The position numbers were made by a program, and so were the translations under genes. A stretch of 64,000 nt of DNA from an uncultured Candidatus Actinomarina sp. GTDB taxonomy: Bacteria; Actinomycetota; Acidimicrobiia; Actinomarinales; Actinomarinaceae. The notes beneath the pieces are model-generated. The model was not told the DNA's origin. It saw nothing but the letters and a program-made list of their open reading frames with translations, and did no database searches. Shown here piece by piece: positions 29,289 through 39,086 of this stretch; the stretch's first letter is position 1, and each line of letters begins with the position of its first letter. Location of the stretch: NCBI GenBank assembly GCA_902622665.1, contig CACNQV010000003.1, positions 21,678 to 85,677 on the forward strand, written 5' to 3'.

Positions 29289-30616
29289 AATGGCTCATCC
29301 TCATTGCTCTCAAGATTTAATCTTAACTTGTTAAAATTTGAATTTTCAAACCCATACTCTCTTATTAATTTTTTATACCCCCTTATAAAAGTCATGAATC
29401 CAGAAAATAATATAAAGCAGGAACTTAATCTAAGTACCAATAAAACCCCATCTACCTCAAAGTAGTTATTTGCAAAACTTGCGACAAAACCAGAAATGAA
29501 AACTGCAACCAACAGTGATAATCTCCCTATTGTATAAAAATTACCAAAAACTCTACCTCGAAGATTTTCAGAAGTTGTGCTTTGTAAATAACTAATTGTT
29601 AGTAAATAAACAGAGCCTGAACCAATTCCAGAAATAAAGATAAAAAATAAAATAGTAGAAAACTCATAAGAATTAAAGGCAAAAAGTAATGAAAGGCCTG
29701 TGATAATCATACTGATGCCAATAAAAAAAGACACTCTATTAAAAGTGGTTACAAAATAACTCAAAATTACCATTGTGAATACAATTCCAAAACCAAATGA
29801 AGCAATCATGAAACCAAATGAGCTCTGAGTAAATTTGAGTGATTGTGTAAGGTACGAACTCCCCAAAACAAACAGTGCCCCAGCGCCAATAAGACTAAGA
29901 GCTATAGATGTTGTTACAGTCCTAAGTTCTTTATTTTTAAAAAAATAATTTATTCCTTCTTTTAGGTCAGAAAGAGCATTGTTTTGAGTTGTGGTTCCAA
30001 CACTTTGAGAACTTGTTTTTAAGGAAAATAATAAAATAGATGATATTAAAAATGTTAATGAATCTACCAAAAATACAACTGAACCACTCCAGCCATTGCC
30101 GTATGAAACAATTGATTCTATAAACTTTGCATCAGAAAAAAATCCAAATAGTAAAGATGCCAAAGGAAGAGATGCATAGGTTCCAACGACAAACAATGAA
30201 TTTGCTTTAACTAAGTAATTATTTTCCACTAATTCTGGAACAATTGCCTCTCTTGAAGGTTGTCTGATTAATGAAAAGATTTCAGCAATAAAGTTTATTA
30301 AAAATAGTTGAAAAAGAGTTGTGGTAAAAAATAATCCTAAAACAACAACCATCCTTACTAAATCACTGATAATCATTACATTCTTTTTATTAAATCTATC
30401 AGCTAATAGACCAGCAAATGAAGACATGAATGCTGGAATTATTCTTGCTACAACAGGGACTACAGCAGTTATTTCAGAATTTCCATCAGTTGCACCTAAA
30501 TAACTAGCAAGTGCTACAGATGCAAAAAGCGTTGCCCAGTCACCAAAACTAGAAAGGGTGCCTGACCACCACAAAATAGAAAAGGGTGATCTTGAAAATA
30601 TTTTTACTGATTTCAT
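29285..30616 (-). CDS. MFS transporter
   Basis: 443 aa polytopic membrane protein. First gene of the MFS-tmk-holB-MBL string, overlapping tmk by 4 nt. Confidence 0.75.
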   Translation of the reverse strand: MKSVKIFSRSPFSILWWSGTLSSFGDWATLFASVALASYLGATDGNSEITAVVPVVARIIPAFMSSFAGLLADRFNKKNVMIISDLVRMVVVLGLFFTTTLFQLFLINFIAEIFSLIRQPSREAIVPELVENNYLVKANSLFVVGTYASLPLASLLFGFFSDAKFIESIVSYGNGWSGSVVFLVDSLTFLISSILLFSLKTSSQSVGTTTQNNALSDLKEGINYFFKNKELRTVTTSIALSLIGAGALFVLGSSYLTQSLKFTQSSFGFMIASFGFGIVFTMVILSYFVTTFNRVSFFIGISMIITGLSLLFAFNSYEFSTILFFIFISGIGSGSVYLLTISYLQSTTSENLRGRVFGNFYTIGRLSLLVAVFISGFVASFANNYFEVDGVLLVLRLSSCFILFSGFMTFIRGYKKLIREYGFENSNFNKLRLNLESNEDEPL

Positions 30617-30703
30617 TTCTTTTCTTTAATCCTAATAATATTTAAAAATACTTTTTTTCCTAAATACTGTACATATGAACAAAATAGTGTTATCAATAAG
30701 AAC

Positions 30704-33394
30704 ATGTCAAAGCCTTTAGTAATTGTTGAGTCACCAACAAAAGTTAAAACTATATCAAAAATTTTAGGCCCTGACTATATAGTTAAGTCAAGTGTTGGTC
30801 ATATAAGAGATCTTCCTAGAAACACAAAATCTATACCTTCTAAATTTGATACTAAGAAAATTTTATGGGGGGCAGTTAAACCTGGGAATTTTGAAAACAT
30901 ATACGTCATACCTGAAGACAGAAAAAAAATAGTAAGTGAACTAAAAGAAATAGCGGATAAAGCTCCAGAAGTTTACTTAGCAACTGATGATGATAGAGAG
31001 GGTGAAGCAATTGCTTACCATTTAAAAGAAGCACTTGAAATTAAAGGCGAGCCTAAAAGGATCAAATTTAATGAAATAACTGAATCAGCAGTGACTAAAG
31101 CTATTAGTAATCCTGACATAATTGATGTAGGTAAGTTTAAATCCTATGAAGCTAGGAGAACCCTAGACAGAATGATTGGTTATGAAATTTCTCCAAAAGT
31201 TAGAGATTTAGGTGGTGCTTTTATATCGACAGGTAGAGTTCAAGGGCCAGCAATAAGGCTTATTGTTGAGAGAGAAGAAGAAAGATTAAGATTTGTTAAA
31301 TCTTTATATTTTGAAATAAAAGCAAATTGTGGAAGTGATGAAGTTAATTTTGATGCTAATTTAAAAAAAGTTGATGAAAAGAGAATTGCAACATCAGCTG
31401 ACTTTAACGATAAAGGTGAAAAAACAAATAAAGATAAGAAGTATCTTGATAAAGATGATGCTGAAAAAATAGTAGAGATATTAACTAATTCGATTGCAAA
31501 AATTTCAAATATAAAAGAATCTTCAAGAAGCGGAAAGCCTCCTAAGCCGTTTAAAACTACAAGTTTGCAAACTTCTGCGAGAAGCAATCTAGGCTTTCAG
31601 CCAAAAAAAACAATGGGCATTGCTCAAAGACTTTACCAAGAGGGATTAATTACATATATGAGGACAGACTCTATAAGACTCTCTGATAATGCGATCAAAG
31701 CTTCCCGTGATTATATTTCTGAAAATTTTTCAAGCAAACATTTACCTCTTCAACCAAACTTATATGGTGATACAAAAAATGCCCAAGCAGCTCATGAGGC
31801 AATAAGACCGTCTGGCGATAAATTTATTACACCTGAAGAATTACTACTAACTCACAAAGAAGATAGCGATGAATACAAGTTATATAAATTAATTTTTAAC
31901 ACCACAGTAGCCTCACAAATGACAGATGCTCAGGGAATAACTAAAACAATTGAAATCGAAGTTACAGATCCTGAATATTCTTCTCTAACACTTAGCATCT
32001 CTGGAACCACATGGATATTTGGTGGTTATAGAGATTTAATAAAAGATGCTACTGAAAAGTCTCAAGAGTTACCAAACTTAAAAGAAAATGATGAGGTGTC
32101 TATTGTTTCTGCAGAAAAAGAAGAAAAATTTACAAATCCGCCAAATAGATATTCATCAACTTCACTAATTAACAAACTAGAGGAGCTTGGAATAGGTAGA
32201 CCTTCTACCTACGTGTCCATCATTGAGAGTATTACATCTGTTTTCATAAATGCTGAATCTAGTTTAAAACCTAGAATTTTAGCAATGGCTTTAATTAATA
32301 ATTTTATGAAACCACATTTTAATAAATATATAGATTATGAGTTTTCAAAATCAATGGAAGATGATCTTGATAAAATCTTAGAAAGTAGTAATCCAGAAAA
32401 ATCTAAAATAGAATTTTTAGAAAACTCATTTAATACAATTAATAATCATATTGAACATTATGGTGTTCAAGACCCTCTTTTACTTACTACTGTAAATCTT
32501 CCATTTGAATCAAGATACGTTGTTAAAACTGGAAGAATACAAGGTAAAATTCCGTACCCTTATCTATTAAGAGATGACGATTTCAAGGTTGGCCTTCCAC
32601 CAGAAATTACACTTGAAGAAATAGAAAATGAATACATCAAAGAACTAGAAAATCATCAAGAAGAAAGTTTAAAAAAAGAGCGAATAGTTTCCGAATGCAA
32701 TCACTGTTCTGCCTCAATATTCATAAAACTTGGACCTAATGGAGGTTTTTATATTCAGCATGGTGAAAAACAAAAAGGTGTTAGACAAGAAAAATGTCAA
32801 TTCAAAAACCTTATTGGTCCAATATTTGAAGGTGAAGATCCAGATACTTTAACTGAGGAACAATGTATCGAAAGATTCTCATTATCTGCAAAAAATCCAA
32901 GAAATGTAGTTGAGGTTGGTGGTTGGACATATTCTTCAGCTGTGGGCCCCTATGGTGGATATGCAATGAAACAAAAAAATAGAACTGTATTCGATAATGA
33001 CGAACTGCAAGAATTATCAAAAGATCAACTCAGAGAATTGCTAGATGAAGAAAAAAATAAAGTTATTTCAAATTATTTAGGTGGAGAAATTCTTAAAATT
33101 CCAAAAAATACAACAAAAAATAAAATGATTGAAATGATAAACAATCACTATTTATTAGATGAAAAATATATTAAGAAACTATCTAAAGAACATTTAGTTG
33201 GTTTAGCTAAATCTCTTGAAATTGTTTTCTACAGGGGAAGATTTAGAATGAAGCCAGAAGATGCTACTAAAGATAACCTTGTCAATAAAATCCTTATTGA
33301 GAAAAAAAATAAACCTTTAGAAAACCCCAGGGATGCCCTAACTATTAAAAAAGAGGAAATAATTTCACTGTTTGGAGATAGCGAAAAGGTCTAA
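30704..33394 (+). CDS. topA: DNA topoisomerase I (type IA)
   Basis: 896 aa. Toprim start LVIVESPTKVKTI, DDDREGEAIA, and the active-site region ITYMRTDS. Confidence 0.95.
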   Translation: MSKPLVIVESPTKVKTISKILGPDYIVKSSVGHIRDLPRNTKSIPSKFDTKKILWGAVKPGNFENIYVIPEDRKKIVSELKEIADKAPEVYLATDDDREGEAIAYHLKEALEIKGEPKRIKFNEITESAVTKAISNPDIIDVGKFKSYEARRTLDRMIGYEISPKVRDLGGAFISTGRVQGPAIRLIVEREEERLRFVKSLYFEIKANCGSDEVNFDANLKKVDEKRIATSADFNDKGEKTNKDKKYLDKDDAEKIVEILTNSIAKISNIKESSRSGKPPKPFKTTSLQTSARSNLGFQPKKTMGIAQRLYQEGLITYMRTDSIRLSDNAIKASRDYISENFSSKHLPLQPNLYGDTKNAQAAHEAIRPSGDKFITPEELLLTHKEDSDEYKLYKLIFNTTVASQMTDAQGITKTIEIEVTDPEYSSLTLSISGTTWIFGGYRDLIKDATEKSQELPNLKENDEVSIVSAEKEEKFTNPPNRYSSTSLINKLEELGIGRPSTYVSIIESITSVFINAESSLKPRILAMALINNFMKPHFNKYIDYEFSKSMEDDLDKILESSNPEKSKIEFLENSFNTINNHIEHYGVQDPLLLTTVNLPFESRYVVKTGRIQGKIPYPYLLRDDDFKVGLPPEITLEEIENEYIKELENHQEESLKKERIVSECNHCSASIFIKLGPNGGFYIQHGEKQKGVRQEKCQFKNLIGPIFEGEDPDTLTEEQCIERFSLSAKNPRNVVEVGGWTYSSAVGPYGGYAMKQKNRTVFDNDELQELSKDQLRELLDEEKNKVISNYLGGEILKIPKNTTKNKMIEMINNHYLLDEKYIKKLSKEHLVGLAKSLEIVFYRGRFRMKPEDATKDNLVNKILIEKKNKPLENPRDALTIKKEEIISLFGDSEKV

Positions 33395-34431
33395 ATTTCT
33401 GAAGTAAACTTATTTATAGTTTTATCCCAAGAAAAGTTTTCTTCAACAAAAACTTTTGATTTCTTACCAAACTGTTCAATCTCTTCAGGGTTGTCATTAA
33501 AATACTTTACGCCATCATATATATCTTGTCTTGAACCGACAATAAAACCAGTTTTTCCTGGAATAATAGTTTCAAAAGCTCCACCAGAACTTCCAACTAA
33601 AATAGGTAAGCCAAAACTACCTGCTTCCAAGTAAACAAGGCCTAGTCCTTCAAATTCTCTTCCGAAAAATCTTGATTTGGCCGGCATTACAAAGATATCA
33701 AGTTTTTTATAAAAGTTTGATAAAGAATGTTCTTCTTCGTCGCTATAAAATTCAATATGAGGCGATGAGACCTGGCTCAATTTTTTTAAATATTTTTCTA
33801 ACTTTCCATATCCAAAGATCTTCAGGTCAACATTAACTCCGTCCATCTTTAACTCATGCAAGGCATCTATTACCCAATCAATCTTTTTTCTTGATACAAA
33901 TCTGCTTGCAACTCCGATTGTTAGGTGATCTTTATTAGAGTAATTTTTTGTGTAATCATTTGACTCTACTCCAGCCCCTATCAAAACAATTTCAGTTTCA
34001 GAAATATCTTCTAGTTTCCTTGCAGTAAAAAAGCTCACAGTAAATATTTTTTCCAGTGCATTAAAACTTTTTTTCAATATTTTTTTTATTATAGGAATTG
34101 AGTTGATTATATTAAATTCAGCTCCGTGAACAATCATGTATTGTTTTTTTCCTAATTTTTCAAGTTGATTTACTAATAAGAATTGTGGATTGCTTGAAGC
34201 ATGTAAGATAATTTCTATATTTTTTTGATTTACAATATCGTTTATTTCACGTACGAATCTATTTCCAGCAAAGATAAAACTATATTTAGAATTAATTACA
34301 TTATCACCTTCAGCCCAATTAGGTGCATAAACAAAGGTCTCAAAATCTAAATTCTCTGTAAAAGATTTAATATATGTAGAAATACCGCCTTTTTTTGGTG
34401 AGTAATCATTTGTTATAACTAATGTTTTCAT
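33391..34431 (-). CDS. Glycosyltransferase family 4 (GT-B, retaining)
   Basis: 346 aa. C-terminal E-x7-E region FEGLGLVYLEAGSFGLPILVGSSGGAFETI. Confidence 0.85.
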   Translation of the reverse strand: MKTLVITNDYSPKKGGISTYIKSFTENLDFETFVYAPNWAEGDNVINSKYSFIFAGNRFVREINDIVNQKNIEIILHASSNPQFLLVNQLEKLGKKQYMIVHGAEFNIINSIPIIKKILKKSFNALEKIFTVSFFTARKLEDISETEIVLIGAGVESNDYTKNYSNKDHLTIGVASRFVSRKKIDWVIDALHELKMDGVNVDLKIFGYGKLEKYLKKLSQVSSPHIEFYSDEEEHSLSNFYKKLDIFVMPAKSRFFGREFEGLGLVYLEAGSFGLPILVGSSGGAFETIIPGKTGFIVGSRQDIYDGVKYFNDNPEEIEQFGKKSKVFVEENFSWDKTINKFTSEI

Positions 34432-35632
34432 ATCCTATTTTTCCTACATTATAAGACCAAAGAATATATTTGTTATCTTTAGGTACCAAACAAGAAACTC
34501 CAAGATTATTTGGAATAGTAAATGCTGCTGCCGCTTTTGAATCTGGAGATTTTATTAATTTTGTAATTGCTGACTTAATAGTTCCTCCATGGCTTGCCAT
34601 TAATAACTTTTTCTTTTCAAGATCGTTTATGAGATTTTCAACTCTTTTTCCTGCTTCATGTATTGACTCGCCATCAATGCCATATTTTGTTTTATGATTT
34701 ATAAATAATGCTTGTATAAAGTTTTCTTGATACTTGTTTAATAGCTCAGAAGTTGTTAAACCTTCCCACTGACCCAAGTCCATCTCGGTTAACTCGTTAG
34801 AAATTTCAATATTGTTTTCAGTGATTAAGGATATGGTTTGGTTTGCTCTTTTGTATGGAGAGGAAATATAAAGATCATAATTTTTAAATAAATCTTTTAA
34901 AAGGCTTGCCTCTTTTATTCCTGTTTTGTTTAAAGGATTGTCTACATGACCTTGCCAAATGCCTTTTAAATTTGAATCAGTCTGTCCATGTCTAATGAAT
35001 GTTAAAACATTATCTTTAGATTCAGCTGGAAAATCTATATTCTCTTTGTTCAAATGAATCGAGTCATTAAATTTATTTACCTGAGTAACTGTTTCTCTTT
35101 TTACAATTGTTGAAATTGAAGTATTTGTTATATCTCCAATTGGAAAAGGATACGTGTTAAACCCTAATGTCAAACCAATTGCAGTGCCTATAAAAAATCC
35201 ATGTGTAACAACAACAGTTTCTGAATCTTCTTCAGTCTGATTAAAAATGTATTCTAATTCATTCTTTACTCTGTCTTTAAATTCTTGTACAGATTCACCA
35301 TTAGGAAATTGAAAAGAATCACTTTGTAGTGATTGAAAAATTTCCTGATTTGAAGTGTAGGTGTCTTTCACAGACATTCCTGTAAATTCTCCAACATTAA
35401 TCTCTCTAAGATTATCTCTAAGAATTGGGGAGCTTGACAAAAATGAAGCTGTTTGAGATGCTCTTTTTAAATCAGAAGAGAATACTTTCTCGATTCTACC
35501 ACTTATTCTTTCAGATAATAATTTGGCTTGTTCTAACCCTTTACTATTTAATGGTGTGTCAGTATGACCTTGCCAAACTTTTAATGCATTATGCTCAGTT
35601 TCACCATGTCTTATGAAATGAACTGTTTTCAA
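34406..35632 (-). CDS. Tandem (two-domain) histidine phosphatase / phosphoglycerate-mutase-family protein
   Basis: 408 aa. Two complete modules, each with RHG and a downstream His: FIRHGETEHN..SSDLKRA..VVVTHG and FIRHGQTDSN..SSPYKRA..LMASHGG. Confidence 0.8.
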   Translation of the reverse strand: MKTVHFIRHGETEHNALKVWQGHTDTPLNSKGLEQAKLLSERISGRIEKVFSSDLKRASQTASFLSSSPILRDNLREINVGEFTGMSVKDTYTSNQEIFQSLQSDSFQFPNGESVQEFKDRVKNELEYIFNQTEEDSETVVVTHGFFIGTAIGLTLGFNTYPFPIGDITNTSISTIVKRETVTQVNKFNDSIHLNKENIDFPAESKDNVLTFIRHGQTDSNLKGIWQGHVDNPLNKTGIKEASLLKDLFKNYDLYISSPYKRANQTISLITENNIEISNELTEMDLGQWEGLTTSELLNKYQENFIQALFINHKTKYGIDGESIHEAGKRVENLINDLEKKKLLMASHGGTIKSAITKLIKSPDSKAAAAFTIPNNLGVSCLVPKDNKYILWSYNVGKIGYENISYNK

Positions 35633-35637
35633 TTAAT

Positions 35638-37680
35638 TTAAAAAGCAGATGCAAATATTAGGCTTACAATTGTCATCACTTTAATGACAATATTCATTGC
35701 TGGACCAGATGTGTCTTTAAATGGATCACCTATTGTATCGCCGATCACAGCAGCCTTGTGTTCTTCCGAACCTTTACCTGCTCCACCACCAGCTTCGATA
35801 TACTTCTTAGCATTGTCCCAAGCACCACCTGAGTTAGCCATAAAGATAGCAAGTAAGAAGCCTGTAACCAATGCTCCAGCTAAAAATCCACCTAAAGCCT
35901 CTTTGTTCCAAAATCCAATCGCAAGTGGTAGAACAATAGCCAAACCGCCAGGTAAAAGCATTTCTTTTAAAGCTGCAGTTGTGGCAATATCAACACATTT
36001 TTCATATTCTGGTGTTACGCCTTCTTTACCTTCTCTTAATCCAGGAATCTCTCTAAATTGTCTTCTTACTTCTTCAATCATTTTGAAAGCTGCTCTACCA
36101 ACAGCGTTAATTGTCATAGCTGCAAATAAAAATGGGAACATTCCACCTAAAAATAGTCCAGCTGTAACTTCAACCTGAGTAATATCTAGCTCTGTAAGTC
36201 CAGCACTTTGAACAAATGCTGAGAACAACGCAAGAGCGGTTACTGCTGCTGAACCGATTGCAAAACCTTTGGCAATTGCTGCAGTAGTGTTTCCTAACGA
36301 ATCTAATTCATCTGTTGCTTTTCTAACTTCAGGATCTAAATGAGCCATTTCAGCAATACCACCAGCGTTGTCTGCTATTGGGCCGTATGCATCAACAGCA
36401 ACTGTAATTCCTAATGTTGCTAGAACCCCAATTGCCGCAACTGCTACACCATATATTCCTCCAGCTTCTCCCAACGCCCATGCACCAGATGTATAAGCTC
36501 CCCCAACACCTACTACCACAACGACAACAGAAAATGCTGCAGATCTCATTCCTTCGGAAATTCCTGACAAAACTACAGTTGCTGGTCCAGTTTTAGCTTG
36601 ATCAGCAATATTTTTTACAATTGAATAATGATCAGATGTAAACCACTCAGATATTTGTCCAACAGTTATTCCAACTAATAGTCCGATAATGACAGAAATA
36701 AATAAACCAATTGGGTTTTCTGAATAATCTGAAAACATTGCATTCGATAAAAAGTAAACGCCAATAGCAGTAAGGCCTGCTGCAGAATATGTTCCTCTAT
36801 GTAATGCCTGAGCAAGCTTTCCTTCTTTGGGGACTACTAAAAAAGATGAAACTATTGATGCTAGCATGCCAATTGTTCCAACAGCTAGTGGAAAGAAAAG
36901 TAATGATGGTAGCACATCTGTACTACTGAAAACTATTGCAGCATATGCAAGTGGAGCTACTAGAGATCCAACATAGCTCTCAAAAAGGTCTGCTCCCATT
37001 CCAGCAACGTCGCCAACATTGTCACCAACATTATCTGCAATTGTTGCTGGGTTTCTTGGGTCATCTTCTGGAATTCCAGCTTCAACTTTACCAACTAAGT
37101 CAGCACCCACGTCAGCAGCTTTTGTATAAATTCCACCACCAACTCTAGCAAAAAGAGCTATTGAAGAGCCGCCAAGTCCAATCGCAGCAAGAATATCATA
37201 GCCATTTTCAAGATCCATAATGTCTATGAATACCCAGTAACCTAAAGCTACTCCTAATAAACCAAGTCCTGCAACTGAAAACCCCATAACAGCACCACCT
37301 CTAAACGCTACTGGCAATGCTTTTAAGGTGCCACCATCCCTTGCGGCTTCTGTAGTCCTACCATTTGCAGCAGTTGCAATTCTCATACCAATAAACCCGG
37401 CAAGTGATGAAAATAAAGCTCCCCCAACAAATGCTAGAGACCCCCACGGATATCCCCATTGAGTTAATGTGGAAATCAATACTGCTAAAACAACAACAAA
37501 GATGCTTACCCAAGAATATTGACGCTTTAGAAATGCCATTGATCCTTTTCTAATTGCATCGGATAAACTTTGTACTTTATTATCTGTAACTTCTATTGAT
37601 AAAATTCTATTTGCAAAATATGCAGCAAGGGCAAGCCCTAAGAGTGCTGCGATAACTGAGCCCTGATAATTTAATAACAT
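35638..37680 (-). CDS. hppA: Membrane-integral ion-translocating pyrophosphatase, K+-dependent-type sequence signature
   Basis: 680 aa. GGGIYTKAADVGADLVGKVE, DNVGDNVGD and GNTTAAIAKGFAIGSAA. The last has Ala rather than Lys in GNTT(A/K)A. Confidence 0.93.
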   Translation of the reverse strand: MLLNYQGSVIAALLGLALAAYFANRILSIEVTDNKVQSLSDAIRKGSMAFLKRQYSWVSIFVVVLAVLISTLTQWGYPWGSLAFVGGALFSSLAGFIGMRIATAANGRTTEAARDGGTLKALPVAFRGGAVMGFSVAGLGLLGVALGYWVFIDIMDLENGYDILAAIGLGGSSIALFARVGGGIYTKAADVGADLVGKVEAGIPEDDPRNPATIADNVGDNVGDVAGMGADLFESYVGSLVAPLAYAAIVFSSTDVLPSLLFFPLAVGTIGMLASIVSSFLVVPKEGKLAQALHRGTYSAAGLTAIGVYFLSNAMFSDYSENPIGLFISVIIGLLVGITVGQISEWFTSDHYSIVKNIADQAKTGPATVVLSGISEGMRSAAFSVVVVVVGVGGAYTSGAWALGEAGGIYGVAVAAIGVLATLGITVAVDAYGPIADNAGGIAEMAHLDPEVRKATDELDSLGNTTAAIAKGFAIGSAAVTALALFSAFVQSAGLTELDITQVEVTAGLFLGGMFPFLFAAMTINAVGRAAFKMIEEVRRQFREIPGLREGKEGVTPEYEKCVDIATTAALKEMLLPGGLAIVLPLAIGFWNKEALGGFLAGALVTGFLLAIFMANSGGAWDNAKKYIEAGGGAGKGSEEHKAAVIGDTIGDPFKDTSGPAMNIVIKVMTIVSLIFASAF

Positions 37681-37741
37681 TTATTTTCCCTTTTTTTGAA
37701 CAAATTAATAATAATAAAATTTAACAATTTTGTAGTAAAAA

Positions 37742-38968
37742 TTATTCTACAACTGGAGTTTCAAACCTTTCATCATCATCTCTTTCTGATAATGGTACCT
37801 TTTGAAGAATTCTATTCAATAATATAGGTGCAATAACTGTTGTAACAATTACCATCCAGATGATAATTGAAATAATATCGCCAGTAATTACATCTGAAAG
37901 TGTTGTTGTTGCAACAGCCACAAATATGAGTCCAACTTCACCTCTGGGTGACATTCCAATACCAATTAGAGAAGTATTGAGACCTTTACCCATAGCACCT
38001 AATGCAGAGACATATTTACCAACAAATGCTAATAAGCTCACCAACATTCCATATAAAAATACATCAAGAGAAGCTAAAGTTTGAATATTTACTTCCGAAC
38101 CAATGTATACAAAAAATATTGGAACAAGTAAAAAATTAAGAGGCTTCATCTCTTCTCTAATCCTATGTGTCATACCAGATTCGCCAGCAACCACACCCCC
38201 TGCAAAGGCCCCAACTATTGGGTGTAGTCCTACAAAGTGGGCAGCTGCACCAAGTAACATTGCAAATATGAAGCTACCTGTTACAAATGTTCCCGGTGAA
38301 GGTATTTTTACAAAAAAGTTGAATATTGGTTTTGAAAGTTTTCTTCCGACTATTACTACTGCTAATAAAAAACCTACTGCCTTTGCGCTGATTATTCCAA
38401 GATCAACTAATGAGAAATCTCCAGAACTTCCTAAAACTCCTGCAACAACAGTAAGAATTAGTAAACCTAATATATCATCTACAACTGCTGCGCCAATAAT
38501 TGTTTTAGCTTCTCTTGACTTTAAAGCACCTAAATCACCAAACACTCTCGCGGTGATTCCCACTGAGGTAGCTGTCATTGCTGCGCCGACAAATAAGGCT
38601 ACTGCGAATTGATCTTCTCCACCTAAATTAAGTGCATAAATCGATCCAAAGCCTAAAGCGAATGGTGCTACAACACCTATTAGTGCTACAAGTAAAGCTG
38701 TTGAACCTAACTCTATAAACTCATCTAAATTGGTTTCTAGTCCTACTTCAAACAACAAAAGAACTACACCAATCTCAGCTAAAGTTGATACGACATCTCC
38801 AGATTCAAAATGTGGAAGAAATCCTAAACCGTAATAGCCAATGATAATTCCAATAACCAACTCACCTATTACTGCAGGTTGATTAATTCTTCTCATTAAT
38901 TCTGCACCAAACTTGGCAGCTACTAATATAATCGCAATTTCTAAAAACTTTTCAATAATTGTTTCCAT
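37742..38968 (-). CDS. Cation:proton antiporter (CPA2/Kef-NapA-like membrane domain, no KTN domain)
   Basis: 408 aa with 11-13 hydrophobic helices. N-terminal pattern GAELMRRINQPAVIGELVIGIIIG is typical of CPA2. Confidence 0.8.
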   Translation of the reverse strand: METIIEKFLEIAIILVAAKFGAELMRRINQPAVIGELVIGIIIGYYGLGFLPHFESGDVVSTLAEIGVVLLLFEVGLETNLDEFIELGSTALLVALIGVVAPFALGFGSIYALNLGGEDQFAVALFVGAAMTATSVGITARVFGDLGALKSREAKTIIGAAVVDDILGLLILTVVAGVLGSSGDFSLVDLGIISAKAVGFLLAVVIVGRKLSKPIFNFFVKIPSPGTFVTGSFIFAMLLGAAAHFVGLHPIVGAFAGGVVAGESGMTHRIREEMKPLNFLLVPIFFVYIGSEVNIQTLASLDVFLYGMLVSLLAFVGKYVSALGAMGKGLNTSLIGIGMSPRGEVGLIFVAVATTTLSDVITGDIISIIIWMVIVTTVIAPILLNRILQKVPLSERDDDERFETPVVE

Positions 38969-39086
38969 GATGTTTTATTTTAAATGAGCACAGATTAAAT
39001 GATAATGAATTAAAAAATGGAAAATAATAAACAAAAAACATCCCTATGGATTAAACAAAGAAAAAAATATATAATTTATAACTGAA

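Noticed and set aside
35684-36178. 164-aa plus-strand ORF, and similar ones at 38103..38612, 41123..41599, 57824..58351, 60704..61126, 21157..21594, 11129..11497 and 5512..5781
   Set aside because: All lie antisense inside strongly supported genes (hppA, the CPA2 antiporter, ald, the LLM oxidoreductase/CaCA exchanger, ctaC, metY, lysS, the BMP lipoprotein). Their Ala/Pro/Ser-rich, low-complexity translations are typical of shadow ORFs opposite Gly/Ala-rich membrane proteins.
39015-39083. 22-codon upstream ORF ([22 protein letters not shown]) ending 3 nt before leuC, considered as a leucine attenuation leader
   Set aside because: It contains only one Leu codon, and no terminator/antiterminator pair follows it. 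In DNA this AT-rich, such short ORFs arise by chance.
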